From positions 157,236 to 221,235 of the forward strand of contig JAXMNT010000007.1 of NCBI GenBank assembly GCA_034670305.1: a stretch of 64,000 bases of DNA, given 5' to 3'. Made by a program: the position numbers and the translations under genes. The stretch is from Deltaproteobacteria bacterium. GTDB lineage: Bacteria > Myxococcota_A > Polyangia > Polyangiales > Houyiibacteriaceae. The notes beneath the pieces were generated by a model. It had not been told where the DNA came from. It did no database searches and worked only from the letters and a program-made list of their open reading frames with translations. Shown here in pieces: positions 29,173 to 37,479 of the stretch (position 1 is its first letter; every line of letters starts with the position of its first letter).

Positions 29173-29952
29173 GTGACCCGAGCGCGCGTGATTGCAGCTG
29201 GCGAAACCCACGTCGGCATGAAGCGAAGCCACAACGAAGACAACTTCAGCGTCGACGACGACGACCACCTGTACGTGGTCGCCGACGGGATGGGCGGACA
29301 CGCCTCGGGTGAGGTCGCCAGCCAGATGGCGATCGACACGCTGCGGGAGTTCTTCCGCGCCACCGGCGCCGACCCCGAAGCGACCTGGCCCTACAAGATG
29401 GACAAGGCGCGGGGCTACGAAGAGAACCGGCTCATCACGAGCATCAAACTCTCGAACCTGCGCATCTTCGAAGCGGCCCAGCGGGACCCGAAACTGCGCG
29501 GCATGGGCACGACCCTGGTCGCGATGCTGGTGGTGGACGACGGAGTGCTGATCGCGCACGTCGGAGACTCCCGGTGCTACCGGGTGCGCGACGGGAAACT
29601 CGCGCAGCTCACCGACGACCACTCGCTTCTCAACGACTACATCAAGATGAAACGTCTGACCGAGGAGGAGATCGCCAACTTCCCTCACAAGAACGTCATC
29701 GTGCGCGCGCTCGGCATGAAGGAGAGCGTGAAGGTCGACACCCAACTCGACCGCCCGGAGCCCGGCGACATCTACGTGCTCTGCAGCGACGGTCTCTGCG
29801 GCCCGGCGAGCGACGAAGAGATCCACGAGATCGTGATGGCCGAGTCCAAGGACCTCAAGGGCGGCTGCCTGAAGCTCATCGAGCGCGCCAACAGCAACGG
29901 CGGACCCGACAACATCACCGTCGTGCTGACCAAAATCGTCGGCACCGGCTGA
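29173..29952 (+). CDS. PP2C-family Ser/Thr protein phosphatase (Stp1/Pph1-like)
   Basis: THVGMKRSHNED, VADGMGGH, GMGTT, AHVGDSRCY, LCSDGL and GGPDNIT. Confidence 0.96.
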   Translation: MTRARVIAAGETHVGMKRSHNEDNFSVDDDDHLYVVADGMGGHASGEVASQMAIDTLREFFRATGADPEATWPYKMDKARGYEENRLITSIKLSNLRIFEAAQRDPKLRGMGTTLVAMLVVDDGVLIAHVGDSRCYRVRDGKLAQLTDDHSLLNDYIKMKRLTEEEIANFPHKNVIVRALGMKESVKVDTQLDRPEPGDIYVLCSDGLCGPASDEEIHEIVMAESKDLKGGCLKLIERANSNGGPDNITVVLTKIVGTG

Positions 29953-30069
29953 GTCTCTCGCGCGTCGGCCAGCGCTGTGCCCATTCGTGTCGCCGACGCG
30001 GCGAGCACGTGCCACGGGCGCGTGCATGGGGCCGCCAGTCTCGCGAAGCGAGAGGCCCGTCGTGGCGGG

Positions 30070-31284
30070 CTAGACCGGGCGGCCGACGCGCTTCATGACG
30101 GCGCGCAGGTCCTGCCAGACCGGGCGTTTGTGCTCGGGGCTGCGGAGTAGATACGCGGGGTGAAAGGTGGCGATGGCGGGGATGTCGCGCCAGGCGCCCC
30201 ACCGGCCGCGCCAGCCGCGCTGCTCGGCGGTGGCGAGCCCGAGTTGTTCGGTGGCGGCGCGGCCGAGCGCGACGATCACCTGCGGCGCGACGAGCTCGAG
30301 CTGCGGGACGAGGAAACGGGCGCACGCAGCGCCTTCGTCCGGCTTCGGGGTGCGGTTCTGCGGCGGCCGGCATTTGACCACGTTGCAGATGTAGTACTCG
30401 TGATCCGCGAGCCCCATCGCCTGGATCATCTTGTCGAGGAGCTGCCCCGCCTTCCCGACGAAGGGGACCCCTTGTTGGTCCTCGTGAAACCCTGGGCCTT
30501 CGCCGACGAACGCGACGAGCGCCCCGGCCTGACCGCGCGCGAACACGCTCTTGGTCCGGCCCTGGTGAAGGCGGCAGTCGGTGCACTCGGCGGCTTCGGT
30601 GGCCAGCACCCGCAACGCCGCGGTCCGTTCACCAAGCGGCTTGGGCGACGCTGCGGCTGTCTCTGTCGCTGCGGCAATCTCTGCCACTGCGGCTGTCTCT
30701 GTCGCTGCGGCTGTCTCTGTCGCTGCGGCTGTCTCTGTCGCTGCAGCTGTCTCTGTCGCTGCAGCTGTCTCTGTCTCTGTCGCTGCAGCTGTCTCTGTCG
30801 CTGCAGCTGTCTCTGTCGCTGCAGCTGTCTCTGTCGCTGCAGCTGTCTCTGTCGCTGCGGCTGTCTCTGTCGCTGCAGCTGTCTCTGTCGCTGCAGCTGT
30901 CTCTGTCGCTGCAGCTGTCTCTGTCGCTGCAGCTGTCTCTGTCGCTGCAGCTGTCTCTGTCGCTGTCTCTGTCTCCGTCGCTGCAGCTGTCTCTGTCGCT
31001 GCAGCTGTCTCTGTCGCTGCAGCTGTCTCTGTCGCTGCAGCCGTCTCTGACGCTGCAACTGTCTCTGTCGCTGCGGTGCGCGACGGCACGGTTGCGCCTG
31101 TCTCCGACACGGTGCCTGTCTCCGACACGGTGCCCGCCTCCGTCTCCGACGCCGCATCCACCGGCCGCCGTCGAGGCGCCCGAAAATACGTCGGCGAGAT
31201 CCCCGCCCCGCCAAGCTCCGCCTCCCACTCGAGCAGCGCGCGCGCGGCCGCCATCAGTTCCATGGCCTCGTCGACAGGGTCCAC
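30070..31284 (-). CDS. udg: Uracil-DNA glycosylase family 4 with an expanded tandem-repeat linker
   Basis: [35 protein letters not shown]...AC and TFHPAYLLR. About 140 aa of (AAATET)n precede the catalytic domain. Confidence 0.92.
   Translation of the reverse strand: MDPVDEAMELMAAARALLEWEAELGGAGISPTYFRAPRRRPVDAASETEAGTVSETGTVSETGATVPSRTAATETVAASETAAATETAAATETAAATETAAATETETATETAAATETAAATETAAATETAAATETAAATETAAATETAAATETAAATETAAATETAAATETETAAATETAAATETAAATETAAATETAAVAEIAAATETAAASPKPLGERTAALRVLATEAAECTDCRLHQGRTKSVFARGQAGALVAFVGEGPGFHEDQQGVPFVGKAGQLLDKMIQAMGLADHEYYICNVVKCRPPQNRTPKPDEGAACARFLVPQLELVAPQVIVALGRAATEQLGLATAEQRGWRGRWGAWRDIPAIATFHPAYLLRSPEHKRPVWQDLRAVMKRVGRPV
30650..31075. repeat. 18-bp tandem repeat (GCTGCAGCTGTCTCTGTC)n, about 23 units, in frame inside udg
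   Basis: Directly visible. Mostly perfect units, with occasional 6-bp insertions/deletions and point variants. Confidence 0.97.
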
Positions 31285-31396
31285 GCCGCCAACCTACCAA
31301 CCCTGCGCCCCGGTGGAAGCGAGAATCTCAGCCACGACAAGCCAGCGGGGGTGCAATGGGCCTGGATCGGCCTCCCACCCGAGCTATGGTGGCCCC

Positions 31397-32935
31397 GTGT
31401 TGCCCGACCTCGACGACGACGACCTCTCGGACCTTCCCGCCATGCCACCTCTGGGCAGTGGCGAGGAGACGGGTGTCGAGGACGCGGGGTACGATCCGAC
31501 CGCCGGCTCGGGCGGCCCCGAAGAGGTCGGCCTCGACGACGCGGAGGGGTTCGACGAGGCACTCGACGCCGTCCAGTTCTTGGATTTGGTCGATGACGAG
31601 CCGACCGCGCTGGACCTGAGCGAGGCGGGGGACGAGATCGGCGACCTCGGTCAGACCATCGACGACGACGGCGGGGAGTACGGCTGGACGGACGACACCG
31701 AAGCCCCCAGTCGGGACGAGTGGAACGACGGACCGCTGATCGCGCCGCCCAAGGAGTCCACCGTCGAAGACGATGGCGCGCTCGGCATGGACGACGACGA
31801 GGCGCTGGCCTTCGACGGGGAAGACGTGCTGCACGGGCTGCCCGACCTCGACCGGACGGACGACAGCGGCGACTCGGACGACCTGGAACTCGGCGACGTG
31901 TTCCACATGGAGACCTTCTCGGATCCGCCGCCTGCCTCTCCGTCGATGCCACCACCGCCACCGATGCCGCCCACCCCGCCGGTCCCGCGCATCGACGCGC
32001 CGGATCCGCGGACCGATGTCGGACACGAGAGCCGAGGCATCACCGCGACTTTGGTTCGTCCCGAGAAGTTCACGCTTCTGGCCAGTGGCGGCGGGCGTCT
32101 GTTCGCGTGGGGGGAAGACGCCGCCATCTCCGTGGCGCCTTCCGGCGACTTCCCAACCGGCGCCCCCGAGGTCGTCATCGATCTCACGGTCGGCAAGGAC
32201 GGGGTCCTCTTGGTGTCGGAGACCGGCCGTCTCAGCGGGTCGGTGTCGGGCGCGGCGTTCGGCCCCATCGCGATCAGCCAGCGCGTGACCAGGGCGTTGC
32301 TCACGCAGTCCCATGCGCTCGCGTGGCGTGCCGGCGGAGGGCTGACCCAGGCCCGGCTGCAGCGAGGGCAACCGACCGATTGGGAAGTTCGTTCCGAGCC
32401 GGTGGTCGATGTCGTTCCAGGGGAACAAGCCGACCGGGCCTACGCGCTCATCGAAACCGCGAACGGACCGGGCGGGGTCGCGCTTTGCGTACTGCACCTC
32501 GATGTACTGAACCAATCGGGCCTGGTGAACGCGCTGCCCTCGTTTCTCCCGTCGGGAGAGTGGAAGTTGTTCGCGGCCGGATCTCGCATGCTGGCGTGGC
32601 GCCGAGGCGAAGTCTGGGCCTTGGGGCTCGACGGGAAGGGCGCCACCCCGGAGGCATCGGTGTGGCGGCGGTTGCCGGAGGCCGACGGTGCGGAGGCGGT
32701 CGTGGTCGCGGACGGTCACATCATCGTCGCGCGGCGCTCGGCGAAGGGCACCCACGACGTGCTCTGGCGGCTCATGGACGGAGGCGGCGCCCGTCTCTGG
32801 CTCGACCTCCACGCTGCGCTGGGCGACACTGAAACACCGGGCGGCTTCGTCTTGGGATTGTCTGAACGGGACGGGGCCGTGTACGTGGCCACCGACCGTG
32901 GGCTCCTGAAAGTCGTGGCGACCCCCGCATCCTGA
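31397..32935 (+). CDS. Hypothetical protein: very acidic N-terminal region, Pro-rich linker, beta-rich C-terminal domain
   Basis: Coding-like from GTG 31397 or TTG 31400 (LPDLDDDDL...). The upstream part of the supplied ORF is antisense to udg. TGATG coupling to the next gene. Confidence 0.7.
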   Translation: MLPDLDDDDLSDLPAMPPLGSGEETGVEDAGYDPTAGSGGPEEVGLDDAEGFDEALDAVQFLDLVDDEPTALDLSEAGDEIGDLGQTIDDDGGEYGWTDDTEAPSRDEWNDGPLIAPPKESTVEDDGALGMDDDEALAFDGEDVLHGLPDLDRTDDSGDSDDLELGDVFHMETFSDPPPASPSMPPPPPMPPTPPVPRIDAPDPRTDVGHESRGITATLVRPEKFTLLASGGGRLFAWGEDAAISVAPSGDFPTGAPEVVIDLTVGKDGVLLVSETGRLSGSVSGAAFGPIAISQRVTRALLTQSHALAWRAGGGLTQARLQRGQPTDWEVRSEPVVDVVPGEQADRAYALIETANGPGGVALCVLHLDVLNQSGLVNALPSFLPSGEWKLFAAGSRMLAWRRGEVWALGLDGKGATPEASVWRRLPEADGAEAVVVADGHIIVARRSAKGTHDVLWRLMDGGGARLWLDLHAALGDTETPGGFVLGLSERDGAVYVATDRGLLKVVATPAS

Positions 32936-34689
32936 TGAGTACCCGTTTCGAACCGAAGACCGAGCGACTGATCGAAGCGCTCGCGATCGGCCTCGGCGCC
33001 GATGGGTCAGAGAAGGTTCGCTCGGAGCTGGCGCTCGGCGCGGATGCGCCCGACCACGATTTGGCGCGCTCGCTGGTGCAAATCGTGAGCGCGTGCGGGG
33101 TGGCCGAAGCGGGGCGGGTCGCGCCCGAGGTGGAGATCGAGGTCGATGGGGCGGAGCCGGAACCGGCACCCGCGGATGGTTCGTTGCTTGGCCGGCTCGG
33201 CTCCACGGGGGTGGACGGCATCGGGGTCGAACAGCTCGATCTCGAGACGTGTTTGGGCGTGATGCGTGGAGGTGCTTTGCGTCAGCGGCGCGCCGCGCTC
33301 CGGGTCCTCGTAGAACGCGCGCCGGATCTCGGTCGCAAGCTTCGCGAGGTCGTGGAGGTGCTCGACACCATCCGCGATGTGGAGCTCGAACCGATGCTGG
33401 TGCAGGCGCGGACCGAGTTCCCCGGCGCGGTGGGTCGACGCGCGCGGACGACGTTGCAGATCTGGCGCAGTTCGCTCTCGGATCTGGAAGATCACATCGC
33501 CGAGTTCTGGGATGGCGAACGCGCGGTGGAACCGATCATGGATCTGCCCGGCGAACAACGCGCGCAGCTCTTGCTGCGGACGCGCCTCTTGCCCGACGGA
33601 GTCCTGCGTCACATCGCCGCCGTCATCGAGGGCGAGGATGGGGTGAGCGAGCGCGAGGCGCGGCGCGCCCTGGTGGAGAGCCTGCGCTACAGCGGCGACC
33701 AGCGCTTGGTGCCCTCACTCGTCGTGTTGCTCGAGAGCGGGACCTCGGAAATCGTCATGGAGGCGGCGCGTGCGGTGCGGCGCATCGAAGACCCGCGGGT
33801 GCGGCCGGCGCTGGCGCGGGTGTTCGAACGCACCGTCGTCGATGTGGCCCGCGCGGTGCTCGCCGGCGCGCTCGGCGCACACGGGGACCGGCGGGGCGCA
33901 GACTACGTGCGCAAGCTGCTCGACCGAGACGAACGCGAAGTGAAGCTGGCGGCGCTCGAAGCCCTCGAGACGCTGGGCGGACCCGAGGACGCCGAACGCG
34001 TCGCAGAGTTCCTGTCTCAGCCTTCGCTGCGCGGCGCCGCGGTGCAGACGCTGAAACGCATTGGAGACGGCCGCACGCTCGCCTCCTTGGCCGAGTCCGC
34101 CTCCGAGACGAAGACGAGCGCCATGCGCGGCGCCATCGAAGAAGCACGCGAGTCCATTCTCGCCCGGATGGATTTGCGGGGCGAAGACGTCAAAGAAGCG
34201 CGGGAGGCCACCCAGCGCATGACCCTCACCGAGGTGCGTCCGCCCAAGACCCCCACGGGCGCCCGCATCCGCGCATTTCGACTGCTGATCTGGGGACAGA
34301 TCCTGCTTGCCTTCGGGGCGGTTCAAGCGGGCATCTCGCGGCTCGAGCGCGCGGCCAACCTGCGTCCGGCCTGGGCGCCGCCGTGGGTCGCCATCGCGCT
34401 TTCGCACGCCCGCAAACACGCCCACGCCCAGGCCTTGGCGGCGTTCCGCCGGGCCATCGAGTCCGACCGGACCGTCGTCGAGCGCAACCCACTGGTGGTT
34501 CGCGCGTTGGCGCAGACCTTCTTGCGGCGCGCCGAGCAGGTGGAGCGCGAAGGCCGCCGCGACATCGCCCGCGGGCTGCTGGGCGAAGTGCTGGATCTGG
34601 ATCTTCGGCGCGCGCCGAGTTCGGTCCGCTTCGAGCTGCAGCGACGGCGGCGGGCGTTGCAACGCGCCTCCGCGGAGCGTGCGGCATGA
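32935..34689 (+). CDS. HEAT-repeat protein with C-terminal TPR-like helices
   Basis: Repeats such as EIVMEAARAVRRIEDPRVRPAL and EVKLAALEALETLGG. C-terminal ALAAFRRAIE. Confidence 0.78.
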   Translation: MSTRFEPKTERLIEALAIGLGADGSEKVRSELALGADAPDHDLARSLVQIVSACGVAEAGRVAPEVEIEVDGAEPEPAPADGSLLGRLGSTGVDGIGVEQLDLETCLGVMRGGALRQRRAALRVLVERAPDLGRKLREVVEVLDTIRDVELEPMLVQARTEFPGAVGRRARTTLQIWRSSLSDLEDHIAEFWDGERAVEPIMDLPGEQRAQLLLRTRLLPDGVLRHIAAVIEGEDGVSEREARRALVESLRYSGDQRLVPSLVVLLESGTSEIVMEAARAVRRIEDPRVRPALARVFERTVVDVARAVLAGALGAHGDRRGADYVRKLLDRDEREVKLAALEALETLGGPEDAERVAEFLSQPSLRGAAVQTLKRIGDGRTLASLAESASETKTSAMRGAIEEARESILARMDLRGEDVKEAREATQRMTLTEVRPPKTPTGARIRAFRLLIWGQILLAFGAVQAGISRLERAANLRPAWAPPWVAIALSHARKHAHAQALAAFRRAIESDRTVVERNPLVVRALAQTFLRRAEQVEREGRRDIARGLLGEVLDLDLRRAPSSVRFELQRRRRALQRASAERAA

Positions 34690-35972
34690 GCGGTCTCCAC
34701 GACGCCGCACGAACCCGGCTGCAAGAGCTCGGTGGCCTGGAGTCCGGCGCGGAGTTGACCCGTGCCACACTCGAGATCGAGGCGGATGGCCGCATCGAGC
34801 TCGTCACGGTCACGATGCGGCCGGACGGCACGCTGCTCGTCAGTGCGACCGACGGCCGGGACGATGGCCCCCACGTGCGCGCGGCACTCTCGCTCTTGTC
34901 GGGGACGGTGCTGCGCACCTCGGACCGCCCCGGCACGGAGACCGCGCGCGAGTCGTTGATGCCGGCACCGACGTCTCCGAGCGGGTCGGTCTCGCCGGTG
35001 GCCGACGCACTCGAAGAACTCATGCTCGCCACAGTGCGGCACGGCGCACGCAAAGCGCTCGGCGCGCCAGCGGTGAAGCTCGCGATCCAGCAGCTGGAAA
35101 CCGTACTCGGCAAACCGCAGCCACGGGGCGTCACCCGGTTCATCGGCCGGCTCTACACGGTGCTGGCGGCCCAGGATCCGGACGGACTCGCGCGGGTCCT
35201 CGACGGGGCGACGCGGGTGGTTTCGGCGCTGCGGCGCAGTGGCGAGCTACCGAGCGAAGAGAAGCGGCGCATCGAGGCGTGGCTGGGTCACGAACGGGGC
35301 CGCACCACGCTCAACGATCAGGAGTTCATCGAGATCGGTCGCGAGTGGGTCGCGGGGTTCAACCGCGGCGCCCTGCAGCGGCGGTACCTCGTGTGTCTGC
35401 ACACCGGCACCATGTACCGCGAGGAACGGCTTCGCAGCGAGCAGGGCTCGGTCGGACCTTGTCCGCGCAAGATCGTGGCCGGGCTGGCCGAACACCACCC
35501 CTGGTCGTCTCCTTCCGAGATGAAACTGCTCCAGTACGCGGTCACGCCGACCGTCGACGAAGCGGACTGGGAGCGGCTCGTGAGCATGGCGGTGGCCGAC
35601 TTCGATCAACTGGCGCCAGCGTACCGCGCGGCCCTCAAGGGCGACCCGGCGCTCGCCGAACCAGTCGCATTGGTCACCGTGCACGACATCGACGTCGATC
35701 GAATGCTCGTCTACGACGCCCACGACGCGGTGTTGCCACTGCGTGACGATCCCACCCGCGCGCCGCGGCGAGAGGGCGACGCGGAGACCGCGGACGACAA
35801 GTGGGCCGACCACACCGGACGACTCGAGCGCATCCGTCAGGTCGCGTTGGAGAGCGACGGGGTGCGCTGCATCGCGGGCCGGCTCTCGGACGCTGGCTCG
35901 GTGCTTTGGCTCGAGCCCTTCGCCGTCATCGCCACCAAAGACGGCGAGACGCGCTTCGAACGGCTTCGCTGA
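34686..35972 (+). CDS. Hypothetical protein
   Basis: ATG 34686 overlaps the upstream stop (ATGA). 428 aa with typical codon usage. Confidence 0.72.
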   Translation: MSGLHDAARTRLQELGGLESGAELTRATLEIEADGRIELVTVTMRPDGTLLVSATDGRDDGPHVRAALSLLSGTVLRTSDRPGTETARESLMPAPTSPSGSVSPVADALEELMLATVRHGARKALGAPAVKLAIQQLETVLGKPQPRGVTRFIGRLYTVLAAQDPDGLARVLDGATRVVSALRRSGELPSEEKRRIEAWLGHERGRTTLNDQEFIEIGREWVAGFNRGALQRRYLVCLHTGTMYREERLRSEQGSVGPCPRKIVAGLAEHHPWSSPSEMKLLQYAVTPTVDEADWERLVSMAVADFDQLAPAYRAALKGDPALAEPVALVTVHDIDVDRMLVYDAHDAVLPLRDDPTRAPRREGDAETADDKWADHTGRLERIRQVALESDGVRCIAGRLSDAGSVLWLEPFAVIATKDGETRFERLR

Positions 35973-37261
35973 ACGAGGCCGGCGACGGTTGCGACACCGA
36001 ACGCCGCCAACAACTGCCAGCTCTTTGTCCCGCCGCCCATGCCGGCGGCGATCAGACAGAGCGTGCCGAGTCCGATGAGACCTGCGCGCAGGGACGCGGA
36101 CGCAACGCGCGCCTCGGCCGTCGGATCTTCCGTGCGCAACCAGCGGTGCGCGAGTGCCGCGGAGAGCGCGACGGCCAGCCCCGCGCCGACACCGCCAGCG
36201 ATGGCCACGGACTGACCATGCAGCAGGCAAAGGGCGGCGCCCGATGCACCCACCGCGCCGGCACTGGCTGTCGCCACCGCCAGGGTGGACGCGATCGAGC
36301 TGCGTTCCTTGGGCGCACGCAGGCGGAGCAGTCGCTCGGCCTGGTGGCGCATCTCTTCGGGGGTTTGAAAGCGGGTCCGCGGATCCCGGCTCATCGCGCG
36401 CAGGATCCAGGTCTCGATGTCGAACGGGATGTCCGGGTCGACAGCGCTTGGTGCTTCCGGTGGTCCCTCGAGCACCGCGGAGAGGACCGCCGTCGCAGGG
36501 CCGGTGCCGTAGGGTGGGGTGCCGGTGGCGGCGCGGTACAGCACCGCGCCGAGTCCGTAGATGTCAGCGCGACCATCCACGCCCGCCGCCCCGCGGACTT
36601 GCTCCGGCGCCATGTACGTCGGGGTGCCCACCACCGTGCCGGTCTTGGTCAGCGAGGCGTCGTCGTCGAGGTGCGCGACCCCGAAGTCGAGCAACTTGGC
36701 GACGCCGCTCTCGTCGAGGAACACGTTCGACGGTTTGAGGTCGCGGTGCACGATGCCCGCCGCGTGCACCGCTTCGAGCCCCTTGCACAAGGCGATGCCC
36801 AGCTCGAGCAGCTCGACCGGCGACAGCGTCTTGTGTTGGCGCAGGTGCTCTTGCAGGTCGACCCCGTGGAGGTGCTCGAGCACGAGGCAGGGCCGACCGT
36901 CCGGCGCCCGCAGGGCATCGATGACCTGGACCACGTGCGCCGAGCGCACCTTCGCCATCGCCTGGGCTTCGCGAAAGAACCGTTTCAGGGCGAGTTCGTG
37001 CTGGGCGAACGACTCGTGGAGCACCTTGATCGCCACGGTCCGGTCGAGTCGAATCTGCTGCGCCACGTAGAGCGCGCCCATGCCCCCACGGCCAAGCGGT
37101 CGTTCGATGACGTAGCTCTGCGCGAGGGTCTCTCCGAGCAAAGGATCGTGCGGCACCGCTTCCAGCCGGGCGCCGTCGTGTGCGCAACTCTTCCGCGACG
37201 CGCGGTAGCGCGCCCCACACACGGGACAACGTTTGGCTGTGGAGCGGTTCGGATCCACCAC
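35837..37261 (-). CDS. Hanks-type Ser/Thr protein kinase with N-terminal zinc-ribbon-like motif and C-terminal TM helices
   Basis: CPVCG...CAHDG, LGRGGMG, VAIKVL, HRDLKPSN, DFG and GTPTYMAPE. Confidence 0.95.
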   Translation of the reverse strand: MVDPNRSTAKRCPVCGARYRASRKSCAHDGARLEAVPHDPLLGETLAQSYVIERPLGRGGMGALYVAQQIRLDRTVAIKVLHESFAQHELALKRFFREAQAMAKVRSAHVVQVIDALRAPDGRPCLVLEHLHGVDLQEHLRQHKTLSPVELLELGIALCKGLEAVHAAGIVHRDLKPSNVFLDESGVAKLLDFGVAHLDDDASLTKTGTVVGTPTYMAPEQVRGAAGVDGRADIYGLGAVLYRAATGTPPYGTGPATAVLSAVLEGPPEAPSAVDPDIPFDIETWILRAMSRDPRTRFQTPEEMRHQAERLLRLRAPKERSSIASTLAVATASAGAVGASGAALCLLHGQSVAIAGGVGAGLAVALSAALAHRWLRTEDPTAEARVASASLRAGLIGLGTLCLIAAGMGGGTKSWQLLAAFGVATVAGLVQRSRSKRVSPSLVAMTAKGSSQSTEPASESRPAMQRTPSLSNAT

Positions 37262-37479
37262 CCCGGAACCTATCGGAGCCAGCGCCCCGGGTCAGGAAAC
37301 CGACAGAGCATCGGCTCCACAGACAACCGCGACAACGCCCCTGGCACAGGACAACCCCATCATCGCCTGGGGCTGCCACCGAGGACGCGTGGCGGCGGCG
37401 TCGTAGGGGTCGCCGCGACCGCGAGGCAGCGATGCCGAGGTCGACTTCGTGATCCCGAAGCCGACCGCCGGGCCTGAAC

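Noticed and set aside
30650-31075. Repeat tracts (here and at 41886, 47040, 54851) as CRISPR arrays
   Set aside because: The units are contiguous 6-18 bp with no unique spacers, and there are no cas genes in the window.
30160-31300. Cys-rich (CRCSCL)n, (DRDSCS)n and (QRQLQR)n ORFs as metallothionein-like or peptide genes
   Set aside because: They are alternative-frame readings of a stop-free repeat. Only the AAATET frame connects to a recognisable UDG domain.
37262-37479. Small gene or RNA between the kinase and the S41 protease
   Set aside because: Only one modest hairpin (37440-37465) and three GACAAC hexamers; no convincing ORF or RNA motif.
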